Shown here piece by piece: positions 9,333 to 16,900 of a stretch of 64,000 nt of DNA. Made by a program: the position numbers and the translations under genes. The stretch spans positions 121,879 through 185,878 of the forward strand of contig JAWCQE010000001.1 in assembly GCA_038869895.1 (NCBI GenBank), in the 5' to 3' direction. Each line of letters begins with the position of its first letter. Position 1 is the stretch's first letter. Under the pieces are notes generated by a model. It searched no databases. It worked only from the letters and a program-made list of their open reading frames with translations, and was not told the origin of the DNA. Source of the DNA: Candidatus Pacearchaeota archaeon. GTDB taxonomy: Archaea > Nanobdellota > Nanobdellia > Pacearchaeales > GW2011-AR1.

Positions 9333-10091
9333 ATGGCAGTGATAGATCAAGTCCGTCAGTTGAAGAGTCAAGGGATGGGAGATTCAGAGATAATAGGAAT
9401 TTTGCAAGAACAAGGAATTTCTCCGAGGGAGATAAATGATGCACTAACACGTTCAAAAATAAAAGAGGCAGTTTATACAAATTCATTTGATGATGAATCA
9501 GAACAAGGAATGCAAGAAGGAATGGAGCCTTCAGTATTAAGTGAATATCAAGAAGCTCCTCTTGAGCCGCTTCCACAAGAAGGCCCCTATGCTCAGGAAA
9601 TTGGGTATGGTGGAAATTTAAATGCACCAATTCCCGGGCAAGCAGATTACTCACATTCTTCAGAAAAGTATCCTCAGGAATTTCAAGGTTATGGATATCC
9701 TGATGAAAATATTAGTCAATATCCTGCACAAAGTCAGGGATATTCTTCTCAAGATATGATTAGTGAGATTGCTGATCAAATGATTTCTGAAAAAACAAAA
9801 GATATTTTGAAAAAAATATCAGAACTATCTGAGATTAAAACACTTCTTTCTTCAAAAGTTGATAAAATAGACCAGAGGCTTACAAGAATAGAATCAATAA
9901 TAGACCAACTACAGGCTTCGCTTTTGAGAAATTCGACACAGCAAGAACAGACACTTTCAGACATAAAAACAGAGATGGAAATGATGCAAGAGAGTTTTTC
10001 AAAAGTACTTAATCCTTTAATTGATATTGAAAGAGAAATTGAAAGACCTAAAGTAAAGTCTAAAACTTACAAGAAACATACAAAAAAATAG
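9333..10091 (+). CDS. Hypothetical protein: small N-terminal helical domain, Q/E/P/Y-rich linker, C-terminal coiled coil
   Basis: The N-terminus is VIDQVRQLKSQGMGDSEIIGILQEQGISPREINDAL, followed by a low-complexity middle and a coiled-coil tail. The N-domain resembles that of ORF 62481-62855. Confidence 0.45.
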   Translation: MAVIDQVRQLKSQGMGDSEIIGILQEQGISPREINDALTRSKIKEAVYTNSFDDESEQGMQEGMEPSVLSEYQEAPLEPLPQEGPYAQEIGYGGNLNAPIPGQADYSHSSEKYPQEFQGYGYPDENISQYPAQSQGYSSQDMISEIADQMISEKTKDILKKISELSEIKTLLSSKVDKIDQRLTRIESIIDQLQASLLRNSTQQEQTLSDIKTEMEMMQESFSKVLNPLIDIEREIERPKVKSKTYKKHTKK

Positions 10092-10631
10092 TTATGGTTT
10101 TTTCCATGAAATCTCGTAATATGTCACATCCCCCTCGCTGTCAACAACTCCAATCAAGAGATTTTTATTTGTTGAATGCGCTACCCTATTCTTTGCTGAA
10201 AATTCATGCCATGTAAGTTCGTCACTTTCACTTACAGAATATAAAATCCATTTTGCATGTTCATTTTTAGGTTTTAAACCTTTGTCATAAACTCTGAAAT
10301 CAGCACCAAATTTTAAGGCAGTTTTCAATAAATATCCTTTATCTCTTAAGTCTTTGTAAGTAATATATTTTACAGAAATTTTCCTGTCAACTTTTTTACA
10401 TTTTTCCATTAATTGATTAAAATTGAGTTTTTTAGTATTTGTATAGACTTCCATTTTTTTCTTTTCAACTAAATATAGTGCTTCTGGTAATGAATAGTGG
10501 ATTTTTCCTGAAATATGTTCTCCAAAAAGCCTGTTTCCATAAAGTTCTTTTGCTTCTTTTGAACTTGAAACAATATATTCCTCACTGAAGAGTCCCCTTA
10601 TTAATTTTCTTTTAGTATTTTTTGCTGGCAT
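10092..10631 (-). CDS. endA: tRNA-splicing endonuclease (homotetramer-type, ~179 aa)
   Basis: The C-terminal catalytic domain reads ...KFGADFRVYDKG....HAKWILYSV...., followed by ...AHSTNKNLLIGVVD..G.VTYYEISW. This matches the EndA Y/H/K catalytic-region pattern. Confidence 0.85.
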   Translation of the reverse strand: MPAKNTKRKLIRGLFSEEYIVSSSKEAKELYGNRLFGEHISGKIHYSLPEALYLVEKKKMEVYTNTKKLNFNQLMEKCKKVDRKISVKYITYKDLRDKGYLLKTALKFGADFRVYDKGLKPKNEHAKWILYSVSESDELTWHEFSAKNRVAHSTNKNLLIGVVDSEGDVTYYEISWKKP

Positions 10632-10722
10632 AAAATTAAGAGAGAAATAAATTATTTAAATCTTAACTACATATTTACTATACTATCAAAAAATTTAAAT
10701 ACTATTAAAAGGAAACAAAATT

Positions 10723-10923
10723 ATGGGAAGGATAAAATCTATTGCAATAAAAAAAGCTGCAAAAGTCCTTATTTTGCGTGAACAGGGATTAACTCATAGT
10801 TTTGCAAAGAATAAAGAAATACTTAAAAAGTATGAATTCCCTGATAAAGGAACTAGGAATAAAATTGCCGGGTATATTTCAAGAGTAAAAAGATATGAAG
10901 AGCAGAAGAACATAAAGGGATAA
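10723..10923 (+). CDS. rps17e: 30S ribosomal protein S17e (eS17)
   Basis: MGRIKSIAIKKAAKVL.......F..NKEILKKY......TRNKIAGYISRVKR matches the eS17 pattern, and the size is typical. Confidence 0.85.
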   Translation: MGRIKSIAIKKAAKVLILREQGLTHSFAKNKEILKKYEFPDKGTRNKIAGYISRVKRYEEQKNIKG

Positions 10924-10924
10924 C

Positions 10925-11224
10925 ATGGATAAAGAGAATAACAAAAGAAGTGAAACGAATGAAATTTTCATAGGAAACAAACCTTTTATAAAATATGTTA
11001 TTGCGACAATGATGCAATTAAAGGATAATAATTCTGCTATAATTAAAGCTCGCGGGAAATTTATCTCAAGAGGAGTTGATGTTGCAGAAGTTGTAAAAAA
11101 ACGCCTTAAGGAAACAGAATCAATTGAATTGAAAAACCAGATAAAAACAGGAACAGAGGAATTTAAAAATACTGATGGCAAACAAATTAATATTTCTACA
11201 ATAGATATAATTTTAAGCAAATAA
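10925..11224 (+). CDS. albA: Alba DNA/RNA-binding chromatin protein
   Basis: IFIGNKPFIKYVIATMMQL...NSAIIKARGKFISRGVDVAEVVKKR is the canonical Alba core. The size is ~99 aa. Confidence 0.85.
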   Translation: MDKENNKRSETNEIFIGNKPFIKYVIATMMQLKDNNSAIIKARGKFISRGVDVAEVVKKRLKETESIELKNQIKTGTEEFKNTDGKQINISTIDIILSK

Positions 11225-11455
11225 TTATTTTTTGTTTAGAAGTTTATCCAATTTTTTATTTGTTATATCAATTCCATCTTTGATGTTTTTCAGAAGCTTG
11301 AATCTTTTTAACTCTATTAAAAAATTGACTATCCATAGGATTACGTAAATTGCAATAACCCCTCCTAAAATCTGGAGAATTCTTGTTAATGTTTTAATAC
11401 TCTCTTCAAGAGGAGGAACATTGTTTATTAATCCTTGAATTACATTCTCTTCCAT
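11225..11455 (-). CDS. Small single-pass membrane protein, hypothetical
   Basis: It has one central TM helix (ILGGVIAIYVILWIVNFLI) and a basic C-terminus. Confidence 0.35.
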   Translation of the reverse strand: MEENVIQGLINNVPPLEESIKTLTRILQILGGVIAIYVILWIVNFLIELKRFKLLKNIKDGIDITNKKLDKLLNKK

Positions 11456-11525
11456 GGTATATTCTAAATAGGAAAAGCAATTTAAATAACTTTTTAAATT
11501 ATCTAAACAAGTTATAATAGCTTAC

Positions 11526-11597
11526 GGCTGCTTAGCTTAGTGGTAAAGCGCCGCTCTCATGAGGCGGAGATCCTGGGTTCAATCCCCAGAGCAGCCA
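11526..11597 (+). tRNA. tRNA-Met (anticodon CAT); an Ile2-type CAU tRNA cannot be excluded
   Basis: Hand-folded cloverleaf. The acceptor is GGCTGCT/AGCAGCC, the anticodon stem is CCGCT/GGCGG with loop CTCATGA, the T arm is CTGGG-TTCAATC-CCCAG, and the discriminator is A. No CCA is encoded. Confidence 0.85.
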
Positions 11598-11652
11598 TTT
11601 TAGATAATATTTTAATGTTCTCTTTTGTTCCATAAAAATAAGTTAAAAATCA

Positions 11653-12003
11653 TTATCCAATAATTTTGATGCCATCGTTTTTCCTTCTTGGAAGAAAGTG
11701 AAAATGAGCATGCATTATTACTTGTCCTGCAATGGGAAAATTATTTTGTAAGATATTAAATCCTTCAATGTCTTTTTCTTTCAATTTTTTTTCAGCAATT
11801 ATCTTAATAGTTTCAATAATCTCGTTGCCTAAACTTGTAGGCATATCCAATGAATTTGTAAAATGTTTTTTAGAAATTATTAAAGTGTGTCCTTTTGTTT
11901 TTGGATTAGCATCAGGAAAAGCAAGGAAATTCTTATTTTCATATATAATTTCTGTTTTTATTTCCTTATTTGCAATTTTACAGAAAATACAATCTTTCTC
12001 CAT
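11653..12003 (-). CDS. HIT-family (histidine triad) nucleotide hydrolase/transferase
   Basis: It has the histidine triad HAHFHFLPR near the C-terminus and an N-terminal CIFCKI... zinc-motif region. Confidence 0.85.
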   Translation of the reverse strand: MEKDCIFCKIANKEIKTEIIYENKNFLAFPDANPKTKGHTLIISKKHFTNSLDMPTSLGNEIIETIKIIAEKKLKEKDIEGFNILQNNFPIAGQVIMHAHFHFLPRRKNDGIKIIG

Positions 12004-12057
12004 TTTTAATTAAAGAAAAGATTAAACTTTAAAAAAGTTGCTGTAATTAGTATTTAA

Positions 12058-12128
12058 GGGCACTTAGTTTAATGGTAAAACATTCGGCTGGCAGTCGAGT
12101 AATCCGCGTTCGATTCGCGGAGTGTCCA
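12058..12128 (+). tRNA. tRNA-Ala (anticodon GGC)
   Basis: Hand-folded cloverleaf. The acceptor GGGCACT/AGTGTCC contains the G3:U70 alanine identity pair. The anticodon loop is CTGGCAG and the T arm is CGCG-TTCGATT-CGCG region. Confidence 0.85.
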
Positions 12129-12256
12129 TTTTAAATTTTATAAAAGTATGAGAATAAAGATGTAAAATTATGTAAATCTATTCGCTAGGTTAGCATTTAT
12201 GACAAGTCACTTTTTTTAACAAGGATATTTTTAAACCTATTTGATATATTTATATT

Positions 12257-12487
12257 ATGAGAACTCATTCATTAAATTCTATTTTGATTGTTCTTGGAAT
12301 TTTCTTATCTATTTTTATTCTTGCTTCTCTGACTAATTTTTCTCCCCCAAACAAAAAAGATGTAAGGTTAAGTGAAGATGATAGAGGAACTACAACTTAT
12401 GAGGCAACTGCCACAGGAATGACTTTAATCTCTTCATTGCAATCTTCAGCATCATCTAGTGGTGATAGTCAAATCAACCAGTTATAG
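12257..12487 (+). CDS. Small signal-anchored protein; probably the N-terminal part of a frameshifted Cys-rich secreted protein
   Basis: It has an N-terminal hydrophobic signal/anchor (ILIVLGIFLSIFILASL) followed by a Ser/Thr-rich linker. It ends at TAG 12485-12487, while the frame-1 ORF is already open from 12469. Confidence 0.4.
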   Translation: MRTHSLNSILIVLGIFLSIFILASLTNFSPPNKKDVRLSEDDRGTTTYEATATGMTLISSLQSSASSSGDSQINQL

Positions 12488-12834
12488 ATTCTCCTAAGAG
12501 TGGTGATTTATGTTGTGGTGAAAGAAAACCTAAGGAAGTGTGGTGTGAGGACAATATATTTCACATATGTAAATCTGATTGTTTGATAGCAAAGGTAAAT
12601 TGTAGTGAATATGGAAAAATCTGCGGGATTAGTCCTCTTGATAAGGAATTATATGGTTCAGAAGAAATAAAATGCTGCTCTCCATGTCCTTATCCGGAAG
12701 GAACCAAAGTGTGTTCTTATGATAAAACTAAAATTTATGAGTGTGTTAAAGATTATCAATTAAAGCTAGCGGAAACTTGTCCTGATGGAAAAATATGTTT
12801 TGTTGATATAAATAATAATGCAGTTTGTATTTAA
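12469..12834 (+). CDS. Cys-rich secreted-type domain lacking its own ATG and signal peptide; probable 3' part of a frameshifted gene
   Basis: The open frame runs from 12469. The first candidate start is only GTG at 12538. There are about 19 Cys in ~115 residues (CCGE..WCEDN..HICKSDC...). No signal peptide is present. Confidence 0.4.
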   Translation, partial: SNQPVIDSPKSGDLCCGERKPKEVWCEDNIFHICKSDCLIAKVNCSEYGKICGISPLDKELYGSEEIKCCSPCPYPEGTKVCSYDKTKIYECVKDYQLKLAETCPDGKICFVDINNNAVCI

Positions 12835-12920
12835 AGCCTTATTTTCTTATCAATCATATCTAAATAAAAACCCTTATAAAGCAGAATTCTTTTAATTATG
12901 TGTTAACATATTATTAGGAA

Positions 12921-12968
12921 TATGTAAAATAATATGTTAAATAATATGTAAAATAATATGTTAAATAA
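12921..12968. repeat. 24-nt tandem repeat x2 with a 12-nt sub-period TATGTWAAATAA (x4) and a fifth degenerate copy
   Basis: Read directly from the sequence: tatgtaaaataatatgttaaataa at 12921-12944 and again at 12945-12968. The repeat overlaps the predicted start of the wHTH ORF. Confidence 0.85.
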
Positions 12969-13155
12969 TATGAATATTAATAATAAAGAGATATTAGATT
13001 TTGTAAAAAGTAAAAAGATAGTTACAAGTTCAGAAGTTGCGAAAAAATTTAATATTTCATGGAATACTGCAGATAAATATCTTCTTGAACTCGCATTTAA
13101 TGATAAAATCGAAAGAATTAAAAAAGAAGGGGTGAATTTATGGATTTTAAAATAA
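12958..13155 (+). CDS. Small winged-helix DNA-binding protein (65 aa)
   Basis: ...ILDFVKSKKIVTSSEVAKKFNISWNTADKYLLELAFNDKIERIKKEGVNLWIL follows the HTH-plus-wing pattern of small archaeal wHTH regulators. The start is ambiguous (ATG at 12958 or 12970). Confidence 0.5.
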   Translation: MLNNMNINNKEILDFVKSKKIVTSSEVAKKFNISWNTADKYLLELAFNDKIERIKKEGVNLWILK

Positions 13156-13970
13156 AAAGTCAGATAAGTAAAAAATCAGCTTGCAAGAAAGGACAGGTGA
13201 CAATTTTTGTTATTATCTCTCTTCTTCTTGTTGTTGCAATAATCCTATTATTTATCCTTTACAAAAATCAGCAGATTCCTGGAGTAAGAGTCGAAAAAAC
13301 TTCTGGCGAGGAACTCGAGTCTTGTATTAAATCTTATCTTGAAGAAGCAGTCGATTTAATTTTTGAAAATTCTGGGTATATTGAACTGCCGGAATTAACT
13401 TATCAAATAAGAAATATTTATGGATATTACAAACAAGAAAATGAAAAGAAAATCCCTTATTTGTGTTATACTGCAATTAATTATGTAAGATGCATTCCGC
13501 AAGAGCCTTTTTTTGTAAACCATATAGAAGATGAAATAAAAAATTTCATAATTCCAAAAGTTGAGATATGTTTTGAGAATTTAAGGAATAGATTGCAAGA
13601 AAGAAATTATGAAACAATGTTTGGTATAACAAAAAATTTAGATGTTGAATTAAATGAAAGAGGAGTCCAAATTTATATTGAAAAAGAAATTTCGCAAACA
13701 AAAGCAGAGAAAGAAGAACGTTTTAGCGAATTTAAGTCTAATTATAAGACAAGATTGTATGATGTAGCAAAAATATCTGAAAAAATTATCACAGAGGAGG
13801 TTAAATTTTGCAATTCTGATTATGTTGAAGTGATGAGAAATAATAAATTAATTGAAATAACAAAATTTCAGACAGGAGATGATGTTAAAGTTTATTCTGT
13901 TAAGGATTTACCTTCAAAGAAAGAATTTAAATTTGCTGTAAGGAACTGTGTCCTTGCAACTCCATCTTAA
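13140..13970 (+). CDS. Prepilin-like protein, module A; paralog of 17934-18734
   Basis: The N-terminus ...SACKKGQVTIFVIISLLLVVAIILLFILY has a KG|Q context plus a hydrophobic helix. It appears to align end to end with the 17934 ORF, for example at ...PYLCYT..NY..C..Q and at the C-terminal F(K/N)FAVR. Confidence 0.55.
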   Translation: MDFKIKSQISKKSACKKGQVTIFVIISLLLVVAIILLFILYKNQQIPGVRVEKTSGEELESCIKSYLEEAVDLIFENSGYIELPELTYQIRNIYGYYKQENEKKIPYLCYTAINYVRCIPQEPFFVNHIEDEIKNFIIPKVEICFENLRNRLQERNYETMFGITKNLDVELNERGVQIYIEKEISQTKAEKEERFSEFKSNYKTRLYDVAKISEKIITEEVKFCNSDYVEVMRNNKLIEITKFQTGDDVKVYSVKDLPSKKEFKFAVRNCVLATPS

Positions 13971-13971
13971 A

Positions 13972-16900
13972 ATGAATAAAAAGTTTATCGCAGGAATTGA
14001 AATTTTTCTTGTCATAAGCATGGCTGTTTCATTTTCATGGATTCTAGGAAATATTTATGGGACTTCTCCAGATATAAAAAGTTTATTAGAATTTATAACA
14101 ATAATTCCAAGTGTTTCTGCCCAAACAACTACATCATGTTGTCTTAATTTGAAAAGCGGAGCCAGTTGTACTGACATTCCATCTGATTCATGTTCTGATA
14201 TTTGTGATGGAAATTGTGTTTCAGGGACAACATGTTCTCAACTAAGGGAATGCAATCTTGGATGTGGATTTAATTCTGATGAAGGAACATGCACTCCAAA
14301 TACTCCAAGGGTACTATGTGAAGGAGATGAGGGCTGTGAATTTCTTGATGACCCTTTTTGCAACAATCAAAAATGTGAAATTGGATGTTGTGTTCTTGGA
14401 TTGAGTGCGAATTTGGAGACGAGAACTGGATGTGAAATACAATCTTTAAGAAGAGGAGTATCATTTGAATTTGACAGTTCAATAAAAGATGGCGTTCAAT
14501 GTTTGAATAAGGGTAAAACAAGTGAGGGAGCTTGTGTTGTAAATTTTGGAGAAGAAAAAAATAACTGCATTTTTACAACACAAAGTGAGTGTGTCAACAA
14601 TATAAAAGGAGTTTTTTATGAAGGCTATCTTTGTTCTCATCCAGAACTTAAAACAATATGTGTGAAGCAGTCAAGAGTAAGTTGTTTTGACAATAGGGAT
14701 GAGGTATATTGGTATGATTCATGTGGGAATAGAGAAAATATTTATTCATCAAATAGGGCAAGTTCATGGAATAATGGATTCGTCTTATCGAAAGAGAAAT
14801 CATGCAATCCTAATTCTTCAAATGAAAATTCAGGAAGCTGTGGAAATTGTAATTATAATCTTGGAAGTATATGCGGAGAGTTTAGGCCTGGAGTTGATTC
14901 TGGAAATATGGAAGGTTATACTTGTAGAAATTTAAACTGCATTGATTCAAAAGGAAAACAAAGAACAAACGGAGAATCATGGTGTGTTTATGATGGAACT
15001 ATAGGCGGAGGAAGTATACTTGAAGGGAAGAGTGGGGGATTATTATCAAAAATAGCTGGAGGATTATTGGAGGGAGAGGTTGCATTATTAAGCACTGATT
15101 TAGTAGGGAGCAGACATTTTAGGCAGGTATGTGTTAATGGAAAAGTAGAGGTAGAACCATGCGCTGATTATAGGAAGGAGATATGTGTCCAGAATGATAA
15201 ATCCCTTGATAATGGAAGAAAGATTGATAATGCAATATGTAGGATGAATTTATGGGAACAATGTATTTCATACAATCAAGGAAATGAGGGATGTGGGCCA
15301 GGATGTTTAACCAAATGTGTGAAAAATCCAGATTGTAGGATTCATCCTGTTTTTGTTGACTCTCGTTTTAAATTTAATGCTTGTGTCCCAAAATATCCTC
15401 CTGGATTTGATTTAGGAAGTACAAGCGGAGTAGATAGTTTTGTAAGAAATTATGTATCAAGTTCTATTAGTGATTTGGATGGAGGTGGGGTTCTTTCAAA
15501 ATTATCAGGAAGTTTAAGTTCTGAGAATTCTGCAGGAAGCATTTGTTCTTTAGCATCGCAAAAATGCACTAGTATATGGACTAAGACATGCGGACTATCA
15601 GGAATTCATTGGGAATGCACGAAAAACTGCAAATGCCATACTGAATCTTTTACAATTCAGATGAATAATCTTTGTGTTTCTCTTGGAGATTGTGGAGTTT
15701 ATGCAAATTATGAAGGAAAGGTTACTCCTGGTGGAGCTTATGTAACAAAGAAAGGAGGACATGGAAGGACCCCTCTACAACCATTTATTTTGATTCCAGT
15801 TTATGCTGTTTTAGTTAAAATATTAAAACCAACTCCTCCAAGTGGTGGATTTTTTCGAGATGAGAAAGACATAGTGAATTTTCCAACTGAAATTATTGAT
15901 CCATTCTTAGGAGGGTATAATAGAATAGATGTAGGGAAACTGCCAAGTCAGTTGGATAATATGCTTGGAAGCCAGTTAGGAACAACTATCGGAGCAGGAG
16001 TTGCTGGAGGACTTGTAGGAGGGGTAGTTGCAGGACTAGGAGGAGTTACAGCTGCAGGTCTTGGAGTTATTGGGGCTGCTACACAAGGAATATTATGGGC
16101 ACCAATTATTTTTCCAACAGGGGGGGTGGGTATGTTACAAATACCAGTTACTTTTTATGCTCCCACTAACAATATCCTTTCAACTGTATTTCACGGACAT
16201 TATTTAGGTAAACCATTTTTCGGATTTGATCCTTTATCAATTGCAATTGGAATCGCAGTTGGAATCGCGATTACTTATCTTATTGGATGTGGAAAAGTTA
16301 AGACAGTTGATATCAAATTTCAGTGTTTACCTTGGCAAAGGCCAAAAGGCGGGACTGATTGTGAGAAATGTGATGATGACCCTTTGAAACCATGTTCAAG
16401 GTATAGGTGTGAATCTCTTGGAGCAAGATGCACTTTGATAAATGAAGGAAAAGGAGATGTATGCGTAAGTGTTTCTGGGGAAAGTTCTATACCAGTAATT
16501 AGTCCATGGGAAGAGATACTCAATACCTCTTTTTATAGGTATGAAGACATAAGTCCTAATGGATTTAAAATAAGAACAAAAGATGGACAGTGTATACAGG
16601 CATTTACTTATTTAGTTTTTGGAGTTGAAACAGATGTTTATTCGGAGTGTTTCTGGAGTTTAGAACCATTTGCATATGAAAATAAATCAGAGGCAAATTT
16701 ATTTTTAGAAGGAAATCTTTTAACTAAAAATCATACAATGCTAACTTTATTGCCAAGTGTTGAAAGTTTATTGGCTAATGAAATTAATAACCAAGAAGAA
16801 TTGGGACAGGCATTGGAAACAACAACAGAACAGGACATCAGCGCCAGGCAATACATATTAAATCGATTAGGAGATTTAAATATCTATGTAAAATGCGCAA

